IMG/VR virus record: IMGVR_UViG_3300021400_000141
Span: 1-64,000 of that record
Length of the DNA: 64,000 bases
Source: a virus
Lineage: Duplodnaviria; Heunggongvirae; Uroviricota; Caudoviricetes
Strand: one strand, 5' to 3'
Below the pieces are notes generated by a model. It ran no database searches. It had not been told where the DNA came from and saw only the letters and a program-made list of their open reading frames with translations. Shown here one piece after another: positions 6,921 through 16,599 of this stretch; within the stretch, counting starts at the first letter, position 1; the number at the start of each line of letters is the position of its first letter. A program made the translations under genes and the position numbers.

Positions 6921-7322
6921 TCAAGTGGTAGGGTTGACAAATTCGTATTTTTCTGGGTCGTAAGGATAAAGGCAGTTTTCGGGGACATCGAGCGAATACC
7001 ACGATGCTTGCTTGTATCCTTGTTCAAGGAGGCTGTCGATATCCTTCATTGATTGCTTGACCAGTTCGATGGCCAATTCCACCTTGTCTCTGCTGCGGAA
7101 TTCACGGCTTTTCCAGAACCTGATTTCCGTGTGCTTGCGGTTAGGGAAGGTGTCCTCCTTCGAGTTTACCTCGAAGAACGGATAGTACACGCCGTTCATG
7201 GTCGCCAGCAGGATTCCCTTGTAGAATCCCTGTTGCAGTTTACACTGCATTCCCTTGTCGTCAGTACGCTCAATCAATCCGGTCTCGGCGATGAGCTTGT
7301 TCCATCTATCGTATACGTCCAT
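6921..7322 (-). CDS. Hypothetical protein
   Basis: ORF in operon-like run. Confidence 0.7.
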   Translation of the reverse strand: MDVYDRWNKLIAETGLIERTDDKGMQCKLQQGFYKGILLATMNGVYYPFFEVNSKEDTFPNRKHTEIRFWKSREFRSRDKVELAIELVKQSMKDIDSLLEQGYKQASWYSLDVPENCLYPYDPEKYEFVNPTT

Positions 7323-7497
7323 TATCGCCCCTTATTTCCATATCCTGCGGGTTATAAAACTTGCACTTGTTCTTGGCTGTAGGATATTCGGTTTCGGAAG
7401 GTTCGCCACAACGGCCAAACGGGCATGCTTCAAGGAAGCACATTTTGCAGCAATTCCGTCGTTTGCATCTCATGTCCATGGTTGACTCCTTGGCCAC
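7306..7497 (-). CDS. Small Cys-rich protein
   Basis: 7 Cys in 63 aa; abuts neighbouring genes. Confidence 0.55.
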   Translation of the reverse strand: MAKESTMDMRCKRRNCCKMCFLEACPFGRCGEPSETEYPTAKNKCKFYNPQDMEIRGDNGRIR

Positions 7498-8145
7498 TTA
7501 TTTATCCATAAGGTATTTGAGAGCGAAGGCTAGGCCCTGTGGTTTTGACGTTGGGATGACTCTAACTGCGGTATTTGGGTATAGTTGGGGTTCAACGAGT
7601 CTGACTGGAGGCCCGAAGTATTTATCTGGGTGTTTGAGGTAGTCTTGGAAACGGGCTTCTGATTTCGCTTTGAGTTCGGCGTATTCTTCCCTACGGACTT
7701 TATCCCAGTATTGGTAGTTGAAGTTGCGTTGTTCGACTGGCCTTCCATAGAAGTAGTTAACGAGGTCTCTAACCCAGTATTCTACGGCGGCACATTTTCC
7801 GTCCACGTCTCTGTCTGGGGGGATTTCGAACTTAACCCGCTTGTTGATTTTATTGGATATATTTTTGAAGCCTCCGATAGAATCTAGGAATTCGGTTCCG
7901 TTGCGGAGGCTTCTGGTGGCATTTATGACGAACGAGAAGCATCTTCCGTCCTTTTCGATTTTATACAGGTCGGAGTGAGGTCTGGCGTCCATGACCAGTT
8001 CGTCTGCCGACAATTCCCCTTGATTGGTGGTTTTGAACCCGTTTTCTTCGAGGCGTTTGAAAAGTAGTTCGAACGGGGTTTCCTTCCATCCGGTCGGGAA
8101 CTCGTTCTTGACTACTGTGTAATCTGTATTCTTCGTCTTGTTCAT
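7498..8145 (-). CDS. Hypothetical protein with C-terminal gp23 (major capsid) gol-like segment
   Basis: Start MNKTK overlaps upstream stop (ATGA); C-terminus PVRLVEPQLYPNTAVRVIPTSKPQGLAFALKY. Confidence 0.7.
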   Translation of the reverse strand: MNKTKNTDYTVVKNEFPTGWKETPFELLFKRLEENGFKTTNQGELSADELVMDARPHSDLYKIEKDGRCFSFVINATRSLRNGTEFLDSIGGFKNISNKINKRVKFEIPPDRDVDGKCAAVEYWVRDLVNYFYGRPVEQRNFNYQYWDKVRREEYAELKAKSEARFQDYLKHPDKYFGPPVRLVEPQLYPNTAVRVIPTSKPQGLAFALKYLMDK

Positions 8146-8498
8146 TTTAGTCCCTTGTATATGCACCATACGAACAGCATCATCATGATATAGTTGTATG
8201 CGGCAATCACTATCGAGCTGTGTTTTCCATATCCGAATGAGATAGCGGCAAGAATGGTCATCATGACGCATCCGATGGCCAGGGCTATCGCTATTACGAT
8301 TGCAACGGTTCCTCCGACGAACAGGCCGACCGCTGACATGCTGATGGCGCCAACTCGCAGGAGAATAGCCAATGTGAGACCCATTCTTTGTTCGAGCGTG
8401 CCTTCTGCTTCCTTGGTCTTTCTGAGGTATCTTACGAGGTTGCAGCCAATGCGGAGCGCTTGATATACGATTGTGACGATGAATAGGTAAGCAATCAC
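8142..8498 (-). CDS. Multi-pass membrane protein
   Basis: About 4 hydrophobic segments; AAGGAG RBS with GTG start. Confidence 0.75.
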   Translation of the reverse strand: MIAYLFIVTIVYQALRIGCNLVRYLRKTKEAEGTLEQRMGLTLAILLRVGAISMSAVGLFVGGTVAIVIAIALAIGCVMMTILAAISFGYGKHSSIVIAAYNYIMMMLFVWCIYKGLK

Positions 8499-8509
8499 GG
8501 TTACTCCTT

Positions 8510-9313
8510 TTATTTGTTGAGCTTTTGGTTGAACGGAGTTTCTCTCGACGGGTCGAAGTTGAAGTCAACTCGTCTTCCGCACTGGGTGCAGTACACGGCG
8601 AAGTCGGGGAAATTCAGGAATTCTTGGACGGTACGGCTGAAGTTGTTGACCGTTCCGCAGCTGCATTGCCAGTCCACCCTGTATCTGTCTGGTACGAAGC
8701 AGTGATGGATGCGTTTCCAGAAGCCATTTACAGCAAGTGGATTCTGTTGGGGTTTCAGAGGTTCGTAATCGAAGCAGTCCTTGGGTGCTTCAACCACGCC
8801 GCAAACTGCTGAGTTGAGCTTCTTGGGGAAGTCAACGGCTTTCCAGTACTTGATTTGGGCCCCGTTGCAGCTATGGAAGTTGCCTGCGGGGACATCGTAG
8901 CAGAGAACATCGCCTTCTTTGTTTTTCGTCCAGGTAAGTCTATTGGCTGGCATCATCCTGGCGACGATGACTGCAGGCCTGAGTTTTTCTGGGTTCTGCC
9001 TGTCTTCGAGCAGGGCGAAGATTTCCTCGTTAAGCGGGATTTTAGTGTTTGCGACATCGTTCCAGTCGTGCAGGTCAATCATTGTTTCCTCCTTAGGTCC
9101 ATACTGTTCTTCGTACGGGGTTTCCCAGACATGTACGGGCAAGTCATTCTGTTTGGCAAACTTGTCCATGGCCGATGAAATTTCGTGTTCGACATCTTTG
9201 TGGTTCATGTCGTTGCAGTGCAGGCCGTATTCGAAGGCATGGTGAACTTTCTTGATGAGGTCATACCAGCCCATGTTTTCGGCTTTTTCGTCGATAGGTT
9301 TTGTTCCGCACAT
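8510..9313 (-). CDS. Hypothetical protein with C-terminal zinc ribbon
   Basis: AGGAG RBS at MCGTKP start; CSC...CTQC. Confidence 0.7.
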   Translation of the reverse strand: MCGTKPIDEKAENMGWYDLIKKVHHAFEYGLHCNDMNHKDVEHEISSAMDKFAKQNDLPVHVWETPYEEQYGPKEETMIDLHDWNDVANTKIPLNEEIFALLEDRQNPEKLRPAVIVARMMPANRLTWTKNKEGDVLCYDVPAGNFHSCNGAQIKYWKAVDFPKKLNSAVCGVVEAPKDCFDYEPLKPQQNPLAVNGFWKRIHHCFVPDRYRVDWQCSCGTVNNFSRTVQEFLNFPDFAVYCTQCGRRVDFNFDPSRETPFNQKLNK

Positions 9314-9548
9314 AGTTTTTTCTCCTAGGATGTTCATATCCTTGTTTTTGGAAAATATAATGAAACAACCCCATGTTGTCAAGGGGTTTGTGGTAACTCT
9401 GGCTTGCAGTTGGGTTCTCCGCCCTTGCTGTTGGGAATCCAGTTGCATTTACGGCCTTCGAGAAAGTCCTTGAACCAAGTGGGGAGTTCTTTCGGGAATT
9501 CCCCGTCGAGCAATCCTTTGATTTTGACCAGCTCCATTGAATCCTCGC

Positions 9549-10229
9549 TTATAGCTGTATAAGCTCATTGGTTTCGTGTTCTTTTTCTGCAGCTTTTACG
9601 AGGGCTTCCATGTTGTCGATATACTGTCTGACGAGGGTGGGGTTAAGTTTGCCGCCCGACTGACGCATACATTGCCCGACGAGTTCGTGCTTCGCCTTGT
9701 CGTCACCGTTCTGTGACCTGTGCAGGAGGTCTGGGAACTTGTTGATGATATCGAGGACAGCAATCGGGTCTGGCATGCACTTGCGGAGACCGATGTTCTT
9801 TATGACATCCTCTGGGGTTCCACCCTGTTCGAATATGATTGCGGCGACCTTCTTTCCAATCTTGGCGTTTATAACGTTGTCGTTAATCATGTCGAAGACA
9901 TGGAGGACGTTCTGAATCTTCTCATTTTCCATCGGGTTTCTCATGTTTTTACTCATTTGTTCTATCCATGCCCACGTTTTACTCAGCAATCTGCCGTGCA
10001 TGTTACGGGGATTAAAATCGGTTATGTGATATATTTCGAAACACTTTTCGGCAATCTTTTCCAGCTTGCTGTAAACGTCTTCCGCAGTGTACTCGGTGAA
10101 TAGCAGCCACATGGGTTCAATCGGGTGTTGCCATTCGCCGAGCTTCTTGATTGTGTGCAGAAATTCCGTCCAGTCATCTGGACTTACGTTTGAACGCTGG
10201 CTGTATGTGACAGATACGAAATTCATCAC
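9549..10229 (-). CDS. Fusion of a Cas2/VapD-like ferredoxin-fold domain and a GatB/YqeY-like domain
   Basis: N-terminus paralogous to 21543-21836; C-terminus INAKIGKKV...GDDKAKHELVGQCMRQSGGKLNP resembles the GatB tail. Confidence 0.6.
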   Translation of the reverse strand: MMNFVSVTYSQRSNVSPDDWTEFLHTIKKLGEWQHPIEPMWLLFTEYTAEDVYSKLEKIAEKCFEIYHITDFNPRNMHGRLLSKTWAWIEQMSKNMRNPMENEKIQNVLHVFDMINDNVINAKIGKKVAAIIFEQGGTPEDVIKNIGLRKCMPDPIAVLDIINKFPDLLHRSQNGDDKAKHELVGQCMRQSGGKLNPTLVRQYIDNMEALVKAAEKEHETNELIQL

Positions 10230-10516
10230 CCCTCCTCTGGGTAAATGTATTCTGGTTTAATCTTGCTGGTTTTCTTGACGAGTTCACAATGTTCGTCATA
10301 AAGCTTGATGTATCTTCTTGCATTGTCCTCGGTGTAGAAACCGATGCAGTTTCCACAGAAGAAGCTGTCATATGATGTATGATTGATATATACATCTAGG
10401 TCATAATACTCTAACACGAAAGCGGGTTCCCAATAGTGGAAGAACAGGAATTTGACCCTCTTGTAGGGAGCGAAGATTTTCTTCCCGTTATGATACAATA
10501 CTTTAATTCGCCACAT
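10226..10516 (-). CDS. Hypothetical protein (weak paralog of 15615-15893)
   Basis: RIK...PY..KFLFFHYW pattern. Confidence 0.65.
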   Translation of the reverse strand: MWRIKVLYHNGKKIFAPYKRVKFLFFHYWEPAFVLEYYDLDVYINHTSYDSFFCGNCIGFYTEDNARRYIKLYDEHCELVKKTSKIKPEYIYPEEG

Positions 10517-10519
10517 AGG

Positions 10520-10777
10520 TTAAACTCCTTTCCAATCTGCCATATCGAGGAGCCAGTCGGTGAACTTGATGACTGGATTCATCAGATATTTGTGCTCACC
10601 TGAGTTCAACAATCTAATAATGCGGTACAGACGGACTGCTGGCATCAGGGCGAGTTTAGCAAGGTAGTAGATACCGAGAGCAAGCAGGCTGATTAAGGCC
10701 GCTGCGAGGACGAAGGGGAGTGCCAGAATGGATATTACCAGCACGGCAAACCAGTGAAGACGTTGTTTGATAGTCAT
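10520..10777 (-). CDS. Membrane protein
   Basis: Long hydrophobic N-terminal half. Confidence 0.7.
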   Translation of the reverse strand: MTIKQRLHWFAVLVISILALPFVLAAALISLLALGIYYLAKLALMPAVRLYRIIRLLNSGEHKYLMNPVIKFTDWLLDMADWKGV

Positions 10778-10780
10778 AAT

Positions 10781-11245
10781 TTACCACGTTTCATGATATA
10801 CAAGGTCAAGAATTTTAGTCATTTGGGAGTCAAAGTATGTTTTAATTGCGGTGAGAGTCTGAATTGCCCTATCAACGGTGATAGTCACTGTGCCATCGCT
10901 GTTGACTGACGGTGTCACTTTGTTGAACCAGTCTGGTGAGTTCAACTTAATCTGAGCGACCTTTATCCGTGTGTTACGGACAAAATCTGCAAAATGCAGA
11001 CCAAACACTGCATCGTGTAAATCGTCAACCGAAGATTCGAGAATCCTGTCTTTATAGCGGGTTACCCAGTCGTCTGCATCGAGGTTTGCTTCCTTGCGTT
11101 TTTCATCAACGACCTCACGGGTGAGATAACCTTCATTGACCATCTCTGTTGCATACCGTTCGATTTCGTCGAGATATTCCTTCATTGTTTCATCTAATAT
11201 AGTTATTTTTTCTTTATCGTCAAGTCCCTTCCGCACATTGGGCAA
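10781..11245 (-). CDS. Hypothetical protein (start uncertain)
   Basis: ORF in run. Confidence 0.6.
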   Translation of the reverse strand: MPNVRKGLDDKEKITILDETMKEYLDEIERYATEMVNEGYLTREVVDEKRKEANLDADDWVTRYKDRILESSVDDLHDAVFGLHFADFVRNTRIKVAQIKLNSPDWFNKVTPSVNSDGTVTITVDRAIQTLTAIKTYFDSQMTKILDLVYHETW

Positions 11246-11532
11246 AATTTTATGCCACGTATGGTGCAGATATTAACGGTCTGGTCGTCCGTAGTCTGGA
11301 TTTCAATTTCGTTAAAGTGTACAATCGCCTCGTAGGGCCAGCAGCTCATTGGTGCATTGAGGACAACACCGCCTGGGTGTTCGCAGTAGAAACACGGTTG
11401 CTTCTTTTTTTCATCCTTGTCGTCGCCTTTCAGGTTGGCGATATACTTGTCCACATCGGTCTTGAGGTAGACTTCTCCACGATAGTCTTGGATATCTACC
11501 AAGTCGTGCGCTTTCAGTTCTTCGTTGTTCAT
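11203..11532 (-). CDS. Zinc-finger hypothetical protein
   Basis: CFYC...FCPMCGR. Confidence 0.7.
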   Translation of the reverse strand: MNNEELKAHDLVDIQDYRGEVYLKTDVDKYIANLKGDDKDEKKKQPCFYCEHPGGVVLNAPMSCWPYEAIVHFNEIEIQTTDDQTVNICTIRGIKFCPMCGRDLTIKKK

Positions 11533-12035
11533 TTGCGCTTCCTCTTGCAATCGGGGTATAGGAACCTGAGCGCCTTGTAGATGCCGTCTGGTGCGCTCAT
11601 TCCAGGTATCGGCCCATGGCAGTCGAACAGGGCAGGGAACCTGCGTCTGTCCATCGGCATTTGTTCTTTGGGATGTTTCTTACGCCATTCGGCTTCTTCC
11701 CGTTCCCATTCTTCGAGAGCCTTCTTGCGTTCTTCTTCCCATTTCTTTGCTTCGATGGCACGCTTGGCATCTTCCTCCGCCCAGCGTTTGCGGTCGGCAG
11801 CGATGTCGTGTATCTTCCTGAGTGGAATGCCATTCGACGGAACTTCCTTGATTACATATTCGTCTGGGCCGCTTTCCTCGTGGTTCATGCGTTCCAGTTC
11901 GATACAAATGTCTTCCCAAGCTCGGAAGTAGCCGCAGAACCATTCCTTTCCGTTCGGATAGATACGGTAGAGTTCTAAACAGAGGTCTGAGCCTTGGAGT
12001 TTCTTTCCATTGTGTTTGACACGTTTTACACTCAT
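11529..12035 (-). CDS. Hypothetical protein with coiled coil and C-terminal gp23 gol-like segment
   Basis: MPMDRRRFPALFDCHGPIPGMSAPDGIYKALRFLY. Confidence 0.7.
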   Translation of the reverse strand: MSVKRVKHNGKKLQGSDLCLELYRIYPNGKEWFCGYFRAWEDICIELERMNHEESGPDEYVIKEVPSNGIPLRKIHDIAADRKRWAEEDAKRAIEAKKWEEERKKALEEWEREEAEWRKKHPKEQMPMDRRRFPALFDCHGPIPGMSAPDGIYKALRFLYPDCKRKRK

Positions 12036-12553
12036 GTTGACTCCTTGAATGTTGCGGAAACGTCGCCAGCATTGAATTGGACAGTGGCGCCTTCAATCTT
12101 CTTCATGAACTCGTTGAACGGGCAGGAGAGTTCCACTGTCACGTTCCTCCAGCATGGATATTTCTTGGACATAAAGTCGATGAACTTGTTGAAAGGAATT
12201 GTCGTTTTATTTCTGGCTTCCAACTCTTCGTCTAGGAACCTCTTTTGGTTCTCGATGCAGCTGCGGATTCTTTCTTCTGCAATGAAGGGGAAGTCAGTTG
12301 AAATGCGTTCGGAAGGGTAGTCGCCGAGTGCCATATTGAATTGACTTGGTACGCCAACACTGATGTAGATGTTGTCGTCCTCGCAAAATTCTTCATAGTA
12401 GGCAAATTCGATTGGCTTGTCCGAAATCGGGTGCGTGTACGTGAAATAGCTCGCCTCACCGAAGCATTGTTCATTTCTTTTCACATCTGGGGTTAAACCG
12501 CATTCGGTGCAGATACGGTTGAACTCTTCCATTGTAAGTTTTTGGTTTGCCAT
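12032..12553 (-). CDS. Hypothetical protein
   Basis: AAGGAG RBS. Confidence 0.75.
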   Translation of the reverse strand: MANQKLTMEEFNRICTECGLTPDVKRNEQCFGEASYFTYTHPISDKPIEFAYYEEFCEDDNIYISVGVPSQFNMALGDYPSERISTDFPFIAEERIRSCIENQKRFLDEELEARNKTTIPFNKFIDFMSKKYPCWRNVTVELSCPFNEFMKKIEGATVQFNAGDVSATFKEST

Positions 12554-12565
12554 AGGGGTATCTCC

Positions 12566-13558
12566 TTATTTATATGCCAGCTTCTTGATGTAGTCGAGCA
12601 TGAACGGGGTGTACTTTTCGACGAGTTTGCACAGTTCGTCAAATTCGATGACATGCAATTCAGTCAACCCCTGTTCTATCGTGCTCATCCTAGACAGGTA
12701 GAAAGAAGACTCTTCGTTGAAGTATGGGTGAAACCCATAGTCAAGATGAAGTGTACGCCCAGTCAGCCAAACCGACTTATCACCAGGGCCTGTAAGCGTG
12801 AGTCCGTCAATCCGCATATATTTACAGTTATTGACATCTTCATCATCCCAGAATACATACTTTCCGCCAAGGGAACCAACGATGGCGTTGCGTAGTTGTT
12901 TTTCAAGGCTTCCGTTCTCTTTGATGATTTTTCTAAGCAGATGTGCCTTACCCTGTGTGCAACGACGAATCATTTCGAGCAGGTCGGTATTTTTATCATT
13001 TAGTTTCTCGGCAATTTTCGACATTTCCTTGTAGGTTTCGATGTCCGCCTTAGCATGAACGGAATCGTTGTAAAGAGCTATTGCTTTTGGCACCGTTTCA
13101 CCAAATGATTGCTCTTTGGTAATCGTCGGATATTTTCTCAGTTCATTGACCAAGGTGACAATAGCACCTGTCTCTTCCTTTCTTTTCCTACTTATTGCCG
13201 CTATCTCATTAATATGTTTTAACACAACTTCACATAAATACTCTTCGAAAAGGTCATAACTGTCTCGCCAATATTTGCTTCCGCAGTCTTCCTGAGCTTT
13301 CTTGCTCACAGCATCCACTTCATCCGCCCATCGAAGACCCGCATCAGGATTTGAAAACCTTTCAGTCAAGGTGGTTACACGGAGGAATGCAATGAAAAAG
13401 TTTATGAAACTGCCTGTACGGTCGCTATAATATCCTAGAATACGCTTTAACCCGTCAATGGTGTAATCCCACTCTGGCGGTGGCATGTATGTTATTCCAG
13501 ACTTAGGTTCTTTTGCGTAAATCTCTCTTGCTTCTTTCAGGAATTGTTTTGCATCCAT
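12566..13558 (-). CDS. Hypothetical protein
   Basis: 330-aa ORF, RBS present. Confidence 0.8.
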   Translation of the reverse strand: MDAKQFLKEAREIYAKEPKSGITYMPPPEWDYTIDGLKRILGYYSDRTGSFINFFIAFLRVTTLTERFSNPDAGLRWADEVDAVSKKAQEDCGSKYWRDSYDLFEEYLCEVVLKHINEIAAISRKRKEETGAIVTLVNELRKYPTITKEQSFGETVPKAIALYNDSVHAKADIETYKEMSKIAEKLNDKNTDLLEMIRRCTQGKAHLLRKIIKENGSLEKQLRNAIVGSLGGKYVFWDDEDVNNCKYMRIDGLTLTGPGDKSVWLTGRTLHLDYGFHPYFNEESSFYLSRMSTIEQGLTELHVIEFDELCKLVEKYTPFMLDYIKKLAYK

Positions 13559-13559
13559 A

Positions 13560-13811
13560 TTACTTCTCCTCGTTTTCTTGCTGCATCTCGTGCAGGGATT
13601 GTACGTGGCATTGAATAGCGTCCTTGCTCAAGTCGGGGTAATAACCAGTTTCTTCGTACAGTTCGTCGGAAACCCAGTCGCACTCTCGGCATTGAATCCT
13701 TATGCTGAAAATGCCGTAGTCAACCCTTTCCCCGAAGCACTCGAATTTGACATCGTTATTGCATTTCGGACATACGATATAATTGCTTTGCTTCATTTCA
13801 AACTGCATCAT
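13560..13811 (-). CDS. Zinc-ribbon protein
   Basis: CPKC...CREC; AAGGA RBS at MMQF start. Confidence 0.7.
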   Translation of the reverse strand: MMQFEMKQSNYIVCPKCNNDVKFECFGERVDYGIFSIRIQCRECDWVSDELYEETGYYPDLSKDAIQCHVQSLHEMQQENEEK

Positions 13812-13824
13812 ATATTCCTTTGGT

Positions 13825-14475
13825 TTAGATAGGAACTGTACGGCACAGGTCTTTGTTTCCAGCTTTCCATACGAACCAGGCATGGCACATCGTTGTAGCC
13901 CAGCGCTTGCCGTTCTCGTCGGTAGGCTGTCCGTTGTTCCAAGTAGGCATTCTCTTGGAGAACGGGAAGCAGAAGGCGGGAGGATTGTCAAGGAGGAACT
14001 GGCGGCGTTTCTCGCCTTCCCAGAACTGGATTTTGAGGAAGAATGCGAGGTAGCCACGGGGAGCCAAGATGGAGAGACTCTTCTGAACGAATTCAAGTGC
14101 TAGGGAGTACGGCGGGTTTGAAACAATCAGGTCGTACTTGGTTTGCGTTTCGAATGTCAAGAAATCATGGAGTATCGTGTCTTTGTAGCCACGGTCAACG
14201 ATATCGACAAAAGTCCGTTCGGATTCTGGACGGCACAGGGAGAAATTGAAGTAGTCCAAGGTAGCCTTGGCTATATTTCCGTTGCCAACGCAGGGCTCAA
14301 TAAACGTGCGTGGGCGTAAGTCTTCAAAATCGGTGTCGTATTTAGACAGTGCGTTGAACAACGCAGTTACTGCCTGGGGGTCTGTTGCGTAGAAGTCGTT
14401 TTCGGTGCGGTGGCCGGCGGAAGGGTTCCCTCCCGCAAGTTGACCACCAGATAGGGTCTTGCTTTCATCTGGCAT
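13825..14475 (-). CDS. DNA amino-methyltransferase (N6-adenine/N4-cytosine)
   Basis: DFYATD, SAM-binding EPCVGNG, catalytic NPPY, AWFVW. Confidence 0.9.
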   Translation of the reverse strand: MPDESKTLSGGQLAGGNPSAGHRTENDFYATDPQAVTALFNALSKYDTDFEDLRPRTFIEPCVGNGNIAKATLDYFNFSLCRPESERTFVDIVDRGYKDTILHDFLTFETQTKYDLIVSNPPYSLALEFVQKSLSILAPRGYLAFFLKIQFWEGEKRRQFLLDNPPAFCFPFSKRMPTWNNGQPTDENGKRWATTMCHAWFVWKAGNKDLCRTVPI

Positions 14476-14544
14476 GTTATATCCTTGGTTATGCACCTAA
14501 ATATAACACAATTATCCAGATTTGTCAATCGAAATCACCGTTAA

Positions 14545-15105
14545 TTATGCCTTACTGAGCGTGCAGACGGATTTAATTAGGGTTTTAAGCTTATCTACTG
14601 TTTCTTCGACCTCATCGAAATAATCTATCATTAAAGAGTCGGTGTTTCCATTTCTATCACATGTGATGTATTTAACCTCCCAATTCACGGGAGATTCCAC
14701 GTCGGCACCTTTATGACGCAACATGAAAGTGACAGAAGCAACTATTCGGCATCCATAAGTGCCATCATCGAGTTTCATCCGACGGTGTACATCCAGTTCG
14801 ACATTATTTTTATCAATGAATGTAATAGAGATGTGGTCTCCGTTATCGTTATTACGGGCATCATCGAACATCTTGATGAAGTTGTTCACGGCGATGGTGA
14901 CAAGGAGCTTGTTGTCGGAAGTTTCATCCGGGTTTGTAACCACATCCAACATCATGGTCAGCGTATCTTTTACCTTAGCCTTAATTTCTTTCAGCTCGGA
15001 CGTGTTGATAGGTGTTGGCTCAATGAATATTTTGCCCATGTCGAAATTCTCTGGCATCTCTACGTCAAATGTCCTCTTGTTTACTCTGACTGTTATTCTT
15101 TGCAT
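14545..15105 (-). CDS. Hypothetical protein
   Basis: GGAGGT RBS. Confidence 0.75.
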   Translation of the reverse strand: MQRITVRVNKRTFDVEMPENFDMGKIFIEPTPINTSELKEIKAKVKDTLTMMLDVVTNPDETSDNKLLVTIAVNNFIKMFDDARNNDNGDHISITFIDKNNVELDVHRRMKLDDGTYGCRIVASVTFMLRHKGADVESPVNWEVKYITCDRNGNTDSLMIDYFDEVEETVDKLKTLIKSVCTLSKA

Positions 15106-15114
15106 GGGACCTCC

Positions 15115-15621
15115 TTACTTCGTTTTTACATATTTCTTTACAGCGTTCACGATACGGATTACATCCTTGTCAGTAACCGATTCCCACCTTACCTGATAGG
15201 ACAGGTCATCAAGCTTTCCGTTATTACACGGGGCGACACCCAGTATCGTAGCAAGACCCTTACCGTTGATAAAGAATACGGAGTTATGAATGGCGCCTTG
15301 CAAACTGAATGTGCCATTCGGGAATTTCGAGCCGATGTATTTCACGAACTTCACGAAGTTCCAGCGAGGGATATCCATATATCGTCTATCGGCATCGTGC
15401 CAAAAACTGTCACCATACAAACGAACCTTGTACTGATTGAGTTCAAGTTCGGCAAGCGGCCTGTCTTCCGCTTCTGGTCTATAGTCAAACGAATGAATGC
15501 GACGGTTGGAATCGGTCGTGTCGAGGACTTCACCCTTGCCCTGTGCAACCCACATGGCGAGTTCCCAATGAGTCGGGATATTGCTTGTAATCTCTTCTGT
15601 TTTAGCGTTCTTTTTTAGCAT
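15115..15621 (-). CDS. Hypothetical protein
   Basis: ORF in run. Confidence 0.7.
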   Translation of the reverse strand: MLKKNAKTEEITSNIPTHWELAMWVAQGKGEVLDTTDSNRRIHSFDYRPEAEDRPLAELELNQYKVRLYGDSFWHDADRRYMDIPRWNFVKFVKYIGSKFPNGTFSLQGAIHNSVFFINGKGLATILGVAPCNNGKLDDLSYQVRWESVTDKDVIRIVNAVKKYVKTK

Positions 15622-15893
15622 GTTAAACCCTCTGGATAAGCGTCGTCAAACCCGATATAGAATTTTCCCTTATAACCCTGTTTGATAGCTTTGTTGATGA
15701 AATCGATTGCTTGCTGTTCCGTATGGAAAATCGGGTCATATATGCTTTTGCTGTATATTTCGGCATGTCCCATGGCGGTATCAGCTGTCATGAGGATATA
15801 TTTGGACCATCTGAGAAATCCCTTCTTCCACTGCGGAACCCAGTACCCGTCGATTTTCTTGACTCGGTGTGTCTTGTCGATGTAGGTAGCCAT
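15615..15893 (-). CDS. Hypothetical protein
   Basis: AAGGA RBS. Confidence 0.7.
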   Translation of the reverse strand: MATYIDKTHRVKKIDGYWVPQWKKGFLRWSKYILMTADTAMGHAEIYSKSIYDPIFHTEQQAIDFINKAIKQGYKGKFYIGFDDAYPEGLTC

Positions 15894-15895
15894 AG

Positions 15896-16597
15896 TTATC
15901 CTTTAATCGTCCAGTTATAAAAGTTGCGTTCGGCATTATGGTCATATCCGCAGTGCATGCAGCGGTAGTTTCCATCTTCGGTCTTTTTGAATTCTCCGAG
16001 CCCACACCATGGGCAATCAGTCGGTTCGTAGTATTCCTTACACGGATTTTTTGGTTTCCTCGTGTCCTTGCTTTCTAAACGGTAGTCGGTCTCCTCCCTG
16101 ATAACTCGGGTCCATACCCTGTTTTCTCCAAAATGCAAGTACAGTTCTTCCTTTGGCATCCGTCTCGCCTTACACTTGAGCACGGGATATAAGGCCTTTT
16201 CCTCTTCCGTATATGTTTCGGTAAGCCACGGAGCTCCGTCTGTGTTGAGATACTTTTTCTCTTTGTTATCGGCGTCGGCGAACACCTTATTCCAGAATAG
16301 CTCTGGGCATTCCCCCTTTGCCAGTTTTTCCAACTGTTCTTTAAGCCAGTTGACTTCGGCCACGGATGCACCCTTCGGGCATATATCGTCGATGATGTCG
16401 GCGGTATCTCGCCAAGTCTTCGGCGGCTCAAAATACGGGGGTGGATAACCTGATATTGTATCGACCCTGAGAAGTTCTTCGAGTTTGTCCTTGACTGTTT
16501 CATCGAGGTTGGAATCCCCGATGATATCAAGCGCTTCCTCAACATTGCTATAATACTCGTCCCAGTTGATTGGGCAAATTGACATTTCACCTACCAT
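15896..16597 (-). CDS. Hypothetical protein with C-terminal zinc ribbon (start uncertain)
   Basis: CPWC...CMHC. Confidence 0.7.
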   Translation of the reverse strand: MVGEMSICPINWDEYYSNVEEALDIIGDSNLDETVKDKLEELLRVDTISGYPPPYFEPPKTWRDTADIIDDICPKGASVAEVNWLKEQLEKLAKGECPELFWNKVFADADNKEKKYLNTDGAPWLTETYTEEEKALYPVLKCKARRMPKEELYLHFGENRVWTRVIREETDYRLESKDTRKPKNPCKEYYEPTDCPWCGLGEFKKTEDGNYRCMHCGYDHNAERNFYNWTIKG

Positions 16598-16599
16598 AG

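Noticed and set aside
8146-8568. N-terminal 140 aa of the listed 7498-8568 ORF
   Set aside because: Overlaps the membrane-protein gene 8142-8498; the real start is more likely 8145.
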